From: Acidimicrobiia bacterium
GTDB lineage: Bacteria > Actinomycetota > Acidimicrobiia > Spongiisociales > UBA5794
Direction: 5' to 3'
Length of the DNA stretch: 64,000 nucleotides
Assembly: GCA_041608535.1 (NCBI GenBank)
Contig: JBFISM010000003.1
Span: forward strand, 892-64,891
The stretch's first letter is position 1. Every line of letters starts with the position of its first letter. Of this stretch, positions 1-10,174 are shown in pieces. Position numbers and translations under genes: made by a program. The notes beneath the pieces are model-generated. The model ran no database searches and was not told the DNA's origin. It was given only the letters and a program-made list of their open reading frames with translations.

Positions 1-614
1 GCCTCGGCGGCGAGGATGTCGGCCGGGACACATCCTTGGAGCCCGATGAACTCTCGAAGCGCATCCTGGACAACGACGATCTCTCCCGCGCCGGGCAGTG
101 GCGCCTCGAGGTCGAGCAGCGCCAGACCGAGGTCGGCGCAGATTGCGGCGTCGGCGGTCGGGAAGACGGCGATGGCACCTGCGTCGTCCACACACGCGCT
201 CAGCGGCGGCACGGAGAACGGTTGGGCCACCAGGTCGTTGACCAGCGTCCCGCTCTGCCATACCTCGGCGCAAGCGGCTGGATCTCTGCCCTCGGGCTGG
301 ATACCCACGCGATCGCTCTCGAGACTGAGCCCTTCGTAACACGTCACGACTTCAGTGGTCTCGGCGGAGCGGGTGACCACGAATGCCGCCGCCGCCAGGA
401 CGGCCACGCTGGCCGCCACTGCGGCTATCCGCGGCCATCGCCGCGGTGAGATGACGGGCCCTGGGACGGTGATCACATCGCCGGTCGGCGGGAGCAGGCG
501 CGGCGAAGCCAGGATGCGCTGCTTCACCTCTGCTGCGTGAATTTGCACATAAGCATCGATTTCCGACTGGTCGACCGGGTCGTACGCACAAAGGATCTCG
601 AAAGGATCGTTCAT
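1..614 (-). CDS. Membrane-anchored protein with Cys-containing extracytoplasmic domain, probable anti-sigma factor (partial, runs off left edge)
   Basis: Manual translation MNDPFEILCAYDPVDQ...RRWPRIAAVAASVAVLAAAAFVVTRS...; one TM helix; directly downstream of an ECF sigma gene; absent from ORF track because no stop falls in the window. Confidence 0.7.
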   Translation of the reverse strand, partial: MNDPFEILCAYDPVDQSEIDAYVQIHAAEVKQRILASPRLLPPTGDVITVPGPVISPRRWPRIAAVAASVAVLAAAAFVVTRSAETTEVVTCYEGLSLESDRVGIQPEGRDPAACAEVWQSGTLVNDLVAQPFSVPPLSACVDDAGAIAVFPTADAAICADLGLALLDLEAPLPGAGEIVVVQDALREFIGLQGCVPADILAAE

Positions 615-666
615 CTCGACTCTCGTTCCGGTGCCTGGCTCGCTTGTTGTGTGTCCAGATGTCGAG

Positions 667-1182
667 TCATGTCGCGGGCCGCCTGCCGAATTCGCGGCGG
701 AGCCGCTGCCGGGCCCGATACAGGCGAGATCGCGCCTGACCGGGCGTTATGTCGAGAGTCACGGCGATCTCCTCGTGCCCCAGCGACTCGAAAGCGGCCA
801 GCCCAATTATTTCCTGATCGCTCTCGGGGAGTTTACGAAGCGCCGCCATCGCATTCTCGATCTCCGACGCGGACACGGCGATCTCGGCGGCATCCGGTGC
901 GAAGTTGGATGCGAGCCGCCCGATCTTGGCGTTCAGCTCACCCGAGCGGCGGTTGCTGCGTCGCTGATTCGCCATGGTGAGCCGAGCTACCTGGAAGAGC
1001 CAGGCACGCTGATACTCGACTCGGGAGAAGTCGTCGATGCGGCGCCAGGCAGTCATGAACGTGCCCGACGCCGCATCCGCTGCATCTTCCAGATTGGCCA
1101 GCCGGCGCCGGCAAAAGCGCAGCACTGCTGAGTAGTGCGCATCGAACGCTTCCGAGAACAGCCTTTCCTGGTCCTCGGTCAC
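667..1182 (-). CDS. ECF RNA polymerase sigma factor (sigma-70 family)
   Basis: Region 2 (DAADAASGTFMTAWRR, AWLFQVAR) and region 4 (LPESDQEIIGL...EEIAVTLDITPGQARSRLYRAR). Confidence 0.92.
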   Translation of the reverse strand: MTEDQERLFSEAFDAHYSAVLRFCRRRLANLEDAADAASGTFMTAWRRIDDFSRVEYQRAWLFQVARLTMANQRRSNRRSGELNAKIGRLASNFAPDAAEIAVSASEIENAMAALRKLPESDQEIIGLAAFESLGHEEIAVTLDITPGQARSRLYRARQRLRREFGRRPAT

Positions 1183-1208
1183 TCAGCCCACCACCGGCTG
1201 GTCCGGGT

Positions 1209-1835
1209 TCAGGTGATGAGCACCGACGAGACGTCGTTGTTCCAACCCGAGATCATGGACGACGAGACGTCCCATGCCTGGGTCAGGTATGTCGGGTACC
1301 ACGCACCACCGCCGTTCGAGTAGTCCGCGAAGTATGCACTGCACGCCCCGATCTTGTACGACGACGTCTTCTGGTTGAACCCGTAGTTCGCGAGGTTGTG
1401 CCATTGGAACCGGCTACGGATGTACAGAGTCGCCCCCGTGTAACTCGTACCGTCATACAACCTCAGGTAGTTGGAGCAGTTGGTGCCCGCCGCTGCCACA
1501 CTCGCCGTGAGAGCAGCTGCTCCCGTCGACATGGTCGAGGGAGCACCCAACGCCGCTTCGAGCGCGGCAACCCGGGCGTCCATCTCGGCCTCGGAGGCGA
1601 AGCACTCGACAGTTCCAGTTGCTTCGGGCCACACCATGCAGGCGACGGCGTCGCCCCACGATTCGGCCAGGTTGAGGGTCTCGCCCTCGAAGGTGGCTGT
1701 CGCCCCCGCCTTGGCGGGCCGATCCCCCCTCTCTGCGTCCTGCGAGCTGCCTGCCGCAGCTGCGGGGCTCGCGGTGAGCGCGACTAGTGAGAGCGTCGCG
1801 GCGAACAATGCCGGACGCCATGTGCGCGATGCCAT
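1209..1835 (-). CDS. Secreted protein with C-terminal beta/gamma-crystallin-like (peptidase inhibitor I36-like) domain
   Basis: SD GGAGGGAG before ATG 1835; signal peptide MASRTWRPALFAATLSLVALTASPAAAA; LRLYDGTSYTG...NQKTSSY...NNDVSSV pattern. Confidence 0.7.
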   Translation of the reverse strand: MASRTWRPALFAATLSLVALTASPAAAAGSSQDAERGDRPAKAGATATFEGETLNLAESWGDAVACMVWPEATGTVECFASEAEMDARVAALEAALGAPSTMSTGAAALTASVAAAGTNCSNYLRLYDGTSYTGATLYIRSRFQWHNLANYGFNQKTSSYKIGACSAYFADYSNGGGAWYPTYLTQAWDVSSSMISGWNNDVSSVLIT

Positions 1836-2017
1836 GTGTCTCTCCCTCCACGTTGCTTGAGAGCCCGGCCTCGTTGATTCCCCACTCGACTGGTATGTGT
1901 CCAAACCGGAAAAGATGTCGCGCGACGACTGCGCACAGCCGGACACACAAACGCGTTAGAGGGTCCCTCGCAGTCAATCCCTACCGGCAACCTCCACACG
2001 GCCCGGACTGCGAGCGA

Positions 2018-2074
2018 GCGGCTCATTCGGAGTCGACTACCTAGCGATTCCCCCACAGACCCCGAATGAGCCGC
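2018..2074. repeat. 13-bp perfect inverted repeat with 31-nt spacer
   Basis: GCGGCTCATTCGG (2018-2030) and CCGAATGAGCCGC (2062-2074) in an intergenic region. Confidence 0.75.
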
Positions 2075-2342
2075 ACCTCGACCCTGCGAGACGCTGGATC
2101 GGGACTTCCTCCAACGAGTCCCGAGAGTCCCAGGGGGAGACTGATGGTTGGATCGGTTCACCGGTACCAACCATCAGGACGAATGGGGGACCCGGCCGGG
2201 GTCATACGCGCCGATCCCGGCCGGGTTCTCCCCACCCGCGCTCGTGGCTGACCGGCGCCCGGGTTCCATGGGTCGATGACCAATGGGTCGATGACGTCTG
2301 CCGGTCTGGTGGATGAGGGGTGGGAGCGTCTATCCGCTTGCG

Positions 2343-3830
2343 TCACGTGAAGGCAGCGATGACCTCGGCGAAGACCTCGATCGGTTCGACCGTGTCGACG
2401 TCCGTCAGCGTGACGATGGCGTGGTCGACTCCGGCAGCGGCGAGGTCGTGGTAGCGCCCGATGTGATCTGTCACCGTTCCGGCAGCGTGTCGCTCGATGA
2501 TCATCTCGGCCGTGGTGTTGGGTGCCGCCACGGCATGGCGCTCCACCTGGAGAGCGAGGCGGTCGGGTGATCGGGCGACCAGCGCCGGACCGAGGTGGGT
2601 GATCGTCACCTCACTGGGATCACGCCCCACCGTCGCACAGTGCTCGTGGAGAACCCGAGTCTTGTGCTCGACCGTCGCGGCGTCGCCGAAGAAGTTCGCC
2701 ATGTCGGCATGCTCGGCGACGATGCGCAGCGTCCTCTTCTCCCCGGATCCGCCGATCAGGATCGGGACATGGTCCTGGAGAGGGCGGGGGTAACACGTGG
2801 TATCGGGAATCGTGAGGCGTCTCCCGCGGTACGGCTTGTTGCCCGACCCCCACATCTGGCGCAGCAACTCGACCGTGTCCTCGAGCAGCGCATAGCGTTC
2901 CGCCACCGGTGGGAAGTCCCACCCATAGGCGATGGCTTCGGCTTCGAACCAGCCGATACCGAGTCCGCACACAGCTCTTCCGCCGGAGAGAACGTCGAGC
3001 GTCGCCACGATCTTGCCGAGATGAGCCGGGTTGCGATACCCGATCCCGGTGACGAGCGCACCCAGGCGGACGCCGGTGGTGACACCGGCGAGGAAGCTCA
3101 GCGTCGTGTAGCTCTCCAACATGTCGTCCCACTCGCGGCCGATCTGCGGGATCTGCCGAAAATGGTCCATGACCCAGAGGCTGGAGAACCCGGCGTCCTC
3201 TGCGGCGGCGGCGATCGCAACGAGCGTGTCCCGGGTGGTGTCCGGGTGGCCTTCCCAGTTGAAGCTCGACAACTGCAGCCCGAAATCGAGCCGGCGGGGA
3301 GCGGTGCGCTGCTGCTCGCCGGCTCGGATTGCAGCGAGCATGTCGTCGCCGACGATGCGAACGTCGTCCGGTGTGAAGACCTCCGCAAAAGGCTCGGCTG
3401 CGATCTCGGGTCGTACCGCACGCCAGCGCCGGTGCTGGTCGGCCAGTACGCGCTGCGGCACCGGATCGCGCCGGGTGCGGTTCCGCTTCTTGCATTCCTC
3501 GAGGCTGGCGTCGAACAGCACCGCATAGACCGGCAGTGCATGACGCTCACCCACGTCCCGGAATCGGGCCCTGCGGTCCGCGTCCATGCCCAGCGTGTCC
3601 ACCACGGTGAGCAGACCACGCGCCGCGCGTTCCTCCACGATCGTGTGGAGCACCTCGAACGCAGCTTCGCTCGCCTTGATGTCCCGCTCTCCGGTCCCAA
3701 CGATGGCGCGCAGACGGTCCGAAGACACCACCTGGGCAGGCGAGAAGTTGCGATCGGCCCACTGTGTCTTGCCGGCGGCTGAGGGGCCGGCCAGGACGAC
3801 CAGACAGCGAGTGGGAAGACGGATGGGCAT
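2343..3830 (-). CDS. Fusion: Pnkp-like P-loop kinase (AAA_33) + LLM-class (probably F420-dependent) oxidoreductase
   Basis: N-term GPSAAGKT, SSDRLR, VVDT, RNRTR; C-term WVMDHF, ESYTTL, GIGYRNPAHLGK, PILIGGSGEKRTLR; start at MPIRLP behind a TACGCT -10 box. Confidence 0.85.
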   Translation of the reverse strand: MPIRLPTRCLVVLAGPSAAGKTQWADRNFSPAQVVSSDRLRAIVGTGERDIKASEAAFEVLHTIVEERAARGLLTVVDTLGMDADRRARFRDVGERHALPVYAVLFDASLEECKKRNRTRRDPVPQRVLADQHRRWRAVRPEIAAEPFAEVFTPDDVRIVGDDMLAAIRAGEQQRTAPRRLDFGLQLSSFNWEGHPDTTRDTLVAIAAAAEDAGFSSLWVMDHFRQIPQIGREWDDMLESYTTLSFLAGVTTGVRLGALVTGIGYRNPAHLGKIVATLDVLSGGRAVCGLGIGWFEAEAIAYGWDFPPVAERYALLEDTVELLRQMWGSGNKPYRGRRLTIPDTTCYPRPLQDHVPILIGGSGEKRTLRIVAEHADMANFFGDAATVEHKTRVLHEHCATVGRDPSEVTITHLGPALVARSPDRLALQVERHAVAAPNTTAEMIIERHAAGTVTDHIGRYHDLAAAGVDHAIVTLTDVDTVEPIEVFAEVIAAFT

Positions 3831-3875
3831 CGCCGGAGCGTACCGGCTGGTCGGCGCCCGCTCTATCTTGGGATG
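3831..3875. promoter_or_regulatory. Back-to-back leaderless promoters
   Basis: TACGCT (minus, 3837-3842) 6 nt from ATG 3830; TATCTT (plus, 3864-3869) 6 nt from ATG 3876; no SD on either side. Confidence 0.6.
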
Positions 3876-5708
3876 ATGTTCCGCTTCGGTATTTCGAAGC
3901 TGCCACCCGAAGATGCCGACCTCGACGTCTGGCTCGATGGGCTCGTCACTCGGGGTCATGATGCGGTGGAGCTGCCATTCGTCCATGGTTTTCCGTGGAA
4001 GGAGCGGCGGTGTGCCCGGTTCGGCGAGGCCGCTGCGGAGCGGGGGATCGCAGTGTCCGTGCACGCACCGTATTTCGCCGTGCTCACCGTGGATGATGAG
4101 GAGCGGAGGAAGAAAACGCTGGCGGCGCTCGAGCACACCATGAAACTGGGACGGGCCCTCGGCGCCCAGACGGTGGTGGCCCACACCGGTCACATCAAGG
4201 ACCGCAGCCCAGAGGAGCTGCACGAGCTCGTCGACGAGGGACTCGACCGCATCGCCCCCAAGGTCCGTCACCTCGGCGTGTCACTCGGTTTGGAGACCGC
4301 GGGCAACGACCGTAGCTTCGGCACGCTGGGCGACATCGCTCTCATCGCCCGCCGCTTCCCCTTCGTCCGACCGGTCGTGGACTGGGCCCACGTCCATGCC
4401 AGCTCGGGTGGTGCCCTGACGTCCAAGGAGGCCTTTGTGTCGGTCATCGAGTTCCTGCGGTCCGAGTTCCCCGGGTGGGCGATCGACCCGTTGCACACCC
4501 AGTTCACGGACAACGAGTTCGGGGCCCGTGGTGAGATCCGTCACCTCCCGTACGGCCAGGGCACGTTGCGCATCGGTCCGCTCATCGAGGCCGCCACGGC
4601 GGCGGGACTCCGCATGAATGTGATCTCCGAGGCACGAGAGGAGGAGAGTCACGACCTGATACTGGCCGAGATGCAGGCGACCCTGGCGGCAGTGCGGCCC
4701 GTCACCGCGGCGGCCGATGGCCGGCCAGTGGCTTCGGCGTCGATCGACTTCCCCGATCCGCTGCGCATCGTGCGGACCGGTGAAGCCTATGAGACGGTCG
4801 GCTTGGACCGCACCGTGCGGGTGACGAACCCGGACAAGCTGTTCTGGGATCCCGGCGATGGTGCGGTGGCGGCGTACACCAAGGGCGACCTCATCCAGTA
4901 CTACGCCTCGATCTCATCGGTGTTGCTGCCGCACCTGGCGGGGAGAGCGCTGTCGATGTCCCGCTATCCGGACGGTTTCGCCGGCCCGTCGTTCTACGAG
5001 AAGCAGTGCCCCGGCCACGCTCCCGACTGGATCACCACCGCCCCTATCCACTCCTCCCATCGCGGGGAGCCGATCGACTTCGTCACCGCTACGGACGCCA
5101 GCTCGCTTGTGTGGCTGGCGAACATGGGGTGCATCGAGATGCACCCATGGCTGAGCCAAGCGACGCAGCCCGACCGGCCCGACGTGGCCTTCTTCGATCT
5201 CGACCCTCAGGAGGGGGCGACGTGGGAACAGGTAGTGCACGTGGCGAAGCTCGTGAACGTGTTGCTGGAACGGCTCGGGCTGGCCGGCTACCTGAAGACT
5301 TCGGGCTCGAGCGGTCTCCACATCGAGGTTCCGATCGAGCCGGTCCACAGTTATGAGCGGACCCGGAAGTTCGTCGAGACCTTGGGCAGGATGATCGCTG
5401 ACGCCGACCCGGAGAACGCAACGATGGAGTGGGACATCCCCAAGCGCGGCCCGCGGGTGTTGATCGATCACAATCAAAACGTCGGTGGCAAGACGATGGC
5501 GTCGGTGTACTCGGTGCGACCCGTCGCGGCGGCGTCCGTGTCCACACCTCTGCTGTGGTCGGAGCTGGACGAGTTCGACCCGGCGACGTCGACCATCGCC
5601 ACCATCTGGGAGCGCTTGCGACGGTACGGCGATCTGCATGCTCCCGTCCTGCAAGGCGGTCAGCTGCTTCAAGGGGCGGAGCGGGCGCTGGGGCTGGTCT
5701 CGTCGTGA
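3873..5708 (+). CDS. Fusion: endonuclease IV-type TIM-barrel AP endonuclease + LigD-type primase-polymerase domain
   Basis: EndoIV metal ligands VHAPY, AHTG, LETAG, DWAH, HTQF, EIRH; Pol domain TNPDKLFW, TKGDLIQYY, RYPDG, FDLDP, KTSGSSGLH, IDHNQN, SVYSVR; no ligase or PE domain. Confidence 0.9.
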   Translation: MMFRFGISKLPPEDADLDVWLDGLVTRGHDAVELPFVHGFPWKERRCARFGEAAAERGIAVSVHAPYFAVLTVDDEERRKKTLAALEHTMKLGRALGAQTVVAHTGHIKDRSPEELHELVDEGLDRIAPKVRHLGVSLGLETAGNDRSFGTLGDIALIARRFPFVRPVVDWAHVHASSGGALTSKEAFVSVIEFLRSEFPGWAIDPLHTQFTDNEFGARGEIRHLPYGQGTLRIGPLIEAATAAGLRMNVISEAREEESHDLILAEMQATLAAVRPVTAAADGRPVASASIDFPDPLRIVRTGEAYETVGLDRTVRVTNPDKLFWDPGDGAVAAYTKGDLIQYYASISSVLLPHLAGRALSMSRYPDGFAGPSFYEKQCPGHAPDWITTAPIHSSHRGEPIDFVTATDASSLVWLANMGCIEMHPWLSQATQPDRPDVAFFDLDPQEGATWEQVVHVAKLVNVLLERLGLAGYLKTSGSSGLHIEVPIEPVHSYERTRKFVETLGRMIADADPENATMEWDIPKRGPRVLIDHNQNVGGKTMASVYSVRPVAAASVSTPLLWSELDEFDPATSTIATIWERLRRYGDLHAPVLQGGQLLQGAERALGLVSS

Positions 5709-5785
5709 GCGCGAGATCGCTGTGTAGAGACTCGCGAAAACCTCGCAGAACGCGAAAACCGTCTGTGGATTTCCAGTTCCAGGGG

Positions 5786-5967
5786 AGCGGTGGCGTGGTA
5801 GAGTGGAATACGGCTGAGAAGCCGTTCTTTGTGTGTGGTATTCAGGCTAGGTGACCTCGTCGGTTTACCTCCAGCAATACTCGCACTGGGGAAGCGGTCC
5901 ACGGCCTCTGGGGGAACGCCGTTTACGGTGCAGGGGACGCTAAGGGCCGCTTTCTCGCGCCGCCGCT
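5786..5967 (+). ncRNA. Candidate structured ncRNA, family unassigned
   Basis: Hand-folded: closing stem 5786-5796/5957-5967, 13-bp stem 5888-5900/5944-5956, inner stems 5905-5910/5931-5936 and 5917-5921/5926-5930, GAGA tetraloop hairpin 5810-5825; G-U pairs valid only on + strand. Confidence 0.5.
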
Positions 5968-5980
5968 GCGTCGGAACCGT

Positions 5981-6496
5981 TCAGGCTTCCTGGGTGCGCA
6001 GCCGCACCGGCACGAGACCGCGTGGCTCGTTGGCGGCTTCCCACGGACGCGCGATGACCTGCCATGCGAGCAGCACCGCCGGAATGGGGATGCCCATCGC
6101 ACTGTGCAGGTGGACCCGGTTGTAGGACAGCAGTGATCCGGTCAGGGTCCCGAGGGGTGCGTTGGCGATCATGATGTGCCAGCGTCTGGGTCGCGGATCG
6201 CTCACCAGTTCAAAGTTGAATCCAATGCCGGTGATGTCCCAACGCCGTCCCCACCACGAGCGGCGCGTGATCCTGGCAACCTCCTCTTCGTGACCGTCAA
6301 CGGCGTGGACAACGCCCGGTCCGGCGGGTTCGAGGACGAGTGAACCATGAGTGCCCAGGTCGACCACGCTCACCGAGAGGCGGCCGATCCTGCGAATCTG
6401 CGCGATCACCTGGTCGTTCTGGATGAGCGCCCACTCGTTCGACAACCAGTGGCTGTGCAGCCGGGCGTCGCCGCTGATGGTTGGAAGCCTCCGCAT
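5981..6496 (-). CDS. Hypothetical protein
   Basis: 171-aa ORF with normal composition and beta-rich pattern; no family recognised. Confidence 0.7.
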   Translation of the reverse strand: MRRLPTISGDARLHSHWLSNEWALIQNDQVIAQIRRIGRLSVSVVDLGTHGSLVLEPAGPGVVHAVDGHEEEVARITRRSWWGRRWDITGIGFNFELVSDPRPRRWHIMIANAPLGTLTGSLLSYNRVHLHSAMGIPIPAVLLAWQVIARPWEAANEPRGLVPVRLRTQEA

Positions 6497-6560
6497 GACG
6501 GGCGTAAACCTAGTGGCTCCCCAGGCGCTTCTAGCGCTGCGTCGGGTAACGTCGTGAGTC

Positions 6561-7433
6561 GTGAAGCTCCACCTGATCGATGGAACCTACGAGCTGTTCC
6601 GCTCCCACTTCGGAGTTCCCAGTCGCCAGGACCCGGCAGGGGAGGAGATCGGGGCCACCTACGGCATCATCGCATCGACGCTCGCCCTGCTCACCGAAGA
6701 CGGGGTGACCCATGTCGCCGCTGCATTCGACTCCGTCATCGAGTCGTTCCGCAACGACATCTACGCCGGATACAAGACGAGCGCCGGTATCGATCCCGCA
6801 TTGTTACGGCAGTTTCCCATCGCCGAGGAGGGGCTCCGCTCCATCGGGGTGACGGTCTGGTCCAACTACGAGTTCGAGACCGACGATGCCATCGCCACGG
6901 CCGCATTGCGGTGGGCGGACGACGTGGAGCAAGTCGTCGTGCTCAGCCCGGACAAGGACATGGCCCAGCTCTACGGGCACCCCAACATCGTCGGATACAA
7001 CCGCCGGGAGCAAGCGTTCATCACCGAGGCGACCGTCATCGAGAAGTACGGGGTCGTGCCGGAATCGATTCCGGACTATCTCGCCCTCGTCGGCGACTCG
7101 GCTGATGGCTTCCCCGGTCTGGCGGGCTGGGGAGCGAAGTCGGCGGGCGCCGTTCTCGGCCGTTACGGCCACCTCGAGGACATACCGCTCGATCACGAAC
7201 GCTGGGACGTCACGGTGCGGGGCGCAGCCAAGCTCGCCGCCACGCTGCGCACACACATGGGCGATGCGCTGCTGTATCGCTTCATCGCTCAGCTGCGCCG
7301 TGACGTTCCGATCCCCGACGAGCTCGGTGATCTCGAGTGGCGCGGCGCTCACCGCACCGACTTCGAGGCTTTCTGCACCAAACACGGCCTGGAAACGCTC
7401 TTCGATCGCCCGCACCGATGGAGCGACGACTGA
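6561..7433 (+). CDS. 5'-3' exonuclease / flap endonuclease (PolI N-terminal-like, standalone)
   Basis: LIDGTYELFRSHF, FRNDIYAGYK, FETDDAIAT, SPDKD, LALVGDSADGFPGLAGWGAKSA (H3TH). Confidence 0.92.
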   Translation: MKLHLIDGTYELFRSHFGVPSRQDPAGEEIGATYGIIASTLALLTEDGVTHVAAAFDSVIESFRNDIYAGYKTSAGIDPALLRQFPIAEEGLRSIGVTVWSNYEFETDDAIATAALRWADDVEQVVVLSPDKDMAQLYGHPNIVGYNRREQAFITEATVIEKYGVVPESIPDYLALVGDSADGFPGLAGWGAKSAGAVLGRYGHLEDIPLDHERWDVTVRGAAKLAATLRTHMGDALLYRFIAQLRRDVPIPDELGDLEWRGAHRTDFEAFCTKHGLETLFDRPHRWSDD

Positions 7434-7445
7434 TCGAGGGCCGGG

Positions 7446-8267
7446 TCATCGCATGGGGCTGCGCCGCAACCCGCTGCGCAGGTCGGCCCACCGTGCCGGC
7501 ACGATGGTCCGGAGCCGGTAGGGCACCACGGGGAGCAGCGCACGCACCGCAGTCAGGTTTGCGTCCAAGATCCTCTGCTGGAGAGGGCTCCACGACAGTC
7601 GGTAGAGGTGGCGCAGACGGGGGTCGAGGGTGCCAACGGCCGCAAAGGCCACGAACGCCCACAGCGGTTTGATCCGTGCCGGTACGGCATACCCCACGAT
7701 GAGATCCGCCACTTCCTGGGCAACGTCGGTGTGGACGAGACGGCCACTGCCGATCATGTCGTCCACATAGGCCTCCATGTGCCGGTAGGTGACAGGAACG
7801 AAATCTCTGGGCAGCAGCAACAGCTCCGCACTCAGCTTGTTCTCCTGGTGATACCGATCGGCGTCGGCGTCGCTGAGCGCACCCACGGTGAGCCGGTAGA
7901 ACTGGATCGTGCTCACTTCGAGGGCGGCATGCACCCACAGCAGCTGCTCGTGATCGAGGGCGTCGTACCACTCACCGGTCACCGGGTCGACACCGTGGAT
8001 CACCTTGTGCAGCTTGTTGATCCGATCTGCAGCCTCTTGGGCCGCGATCTTCGGCCCGAACGTGACGAGGTTCTGCAGCTGGAGGGTGCGGATGAGCCGC
8101 AGCCACGGGTCGCGGCGGTACCCGCCGGTTTGTCTGGCACCGGCTGCGACCAACGGATGGGCTGCATGCATGAGCAGCGCGCGGGCTCCACCAAACAGCG
8201 TGGTCACCTCGCGGTTGATCCGCCACATCATCGAGTCGGGTCCGAAGAAGCCCGGGTCGTCGGCCAT
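7446..8267 (-). CDS. Oxygenase MpaB/DUF2236 family protein
   Basis: GFFGPDSMMWRINRE, ALLMHAAHPLVAAG, RINKLHKVIHG, LLWVHA. Confidence 0.85.
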   Translation of the reverse strand: MADDPGFFGPDSMMWRINREVTTLFGGARALLMHAAHPLVAAGARQTGGYRRDPWLRLIRTLQLQNLVTFGPKIAAQEAADRINKLHKVIHGVDPVTGEWYDALDHEQLLWVHAALEVSTIQFYRLTVGALSDADADRYHQENKLSAELLLLPRDFVPVTYRHMEAYVDDMIGSGRLVHTDVAQEVADLIVGYAVPARIKPLWAFVAFAAVGTLDPRLRHLYRLSWSPLQQRILDANLTAVRALLPVVPYRLRTIVPARWADLRSGLRRSPMR

Positions 8268-8346
8268 CGGAGGCAACGTAGCGTGCAGCCTCGCGCTAGC
8301 GGACACTGCCACCGTCCCCGGTAGGCTCCGCGCAGAGGAGGATGGT

Positions 8347-9245
<899 letters not shown>

Positions 9246-9249
<4 letters not shown>

Positions 9250-10094
9250 GCCCGAAGACGGCCGCCGCACAGCTGTTGGCGCAGATCAGATACCAGAACA
9301 CGATCTTCTGGCGGACACCGGTCGCAGCCTTCTTCACCATCGTGTTTCCACTGATGTTCCTGATCGTGTTCACTCTGGTCTTCGGCAATGACGAGATCGG
9401 CGGGCTCGGGGTGACGACGGCACAGTTCTACGCCCCGGCGCTGGCCGTGTTCGGGGCTGTCTCCGCGACGTACACCAACCTCTCGGTGAGCACGGCCATC
9501 GCCAGAGACGAGGGCATCCTCAAACGGATGCGGGGAACACCGCTCCCACCATGGATCTACATCGCCGGGCGCGTCGGCTCGGGCGCCTACCTCGCGGTCA
9601 TCTCGGCGGGGTTGATGTTGGTGGTCGGCGTGGTGCTGTACGGGCTGCAGATCTTCGCCGAGTCGGTGCCTGCGCTCATCGTCACCTTTCTCGTCGGGAT
9701 CGCGTGTTTTGCGGCCCTGGGGATGCTGGTTGCGGCGCTCGTCGACTCGGGTGACTCGGCACCTGCCGTGGCGAATGCCACGCTGCTACCCCTGGCCTTC
9801 ATTTCTGACATCTTCATCCCCCCGGGCGACAACGCCCCGGCGTGGCTCGACACCGTGGCGAGCATCTTCCCACTCAAGCACTTCGCCGTGGCCTTCCAGG
9901 ACGGCTTCAATCCGGCGGTGGTCGCCGAGCAGTCGAGCTGGCTCGGCCACTTCAACTGGACGAGTCTGGCCGTCATGGCGGTATGGGGGATCGGCGCCAC
10001 GGTGCTGGCGCTCCGCTGGTTCAGGTGGGAGCCCCGCCCCGGAGGCACGACTCGCCGTCGCAAACGACGTTCGCGACCGGCAGTTGCGCCGTAG
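9246..10094 (+). CDS. ABC-2 type permease
   Basis: Six TM segments, RDEGILKRMRGTPLP; ATGA overlap with the ATPase gene. Confidence 0.9.
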
Positions 10095-10174
10095 CCGGCT
10101 CGGACCCGGCGGATCGCCAGCCAATCGCCGGCTCGCTGATCAGCATCGGCGACGGCCGGCGTCGCGGTCGAGAG

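Noticed and set aside
3873-5708. Calling the fusion a full NHEJ ligase LigD
   Set aside because: Only the polymerase domain is present; no ligase (KxDG) or phosphoesterase domain and no Ku gene in the window.
5786-5967. tRNA-Sec, SRP RNA, tmRNA, RNase P or a known riboswitch
   Set aside because: No T-loop GTTCRA, no SRP GGAA/AGCAG motif, no tmRNA ends, no RNase P P4 motif and no matching riboswitch consensus by eye.
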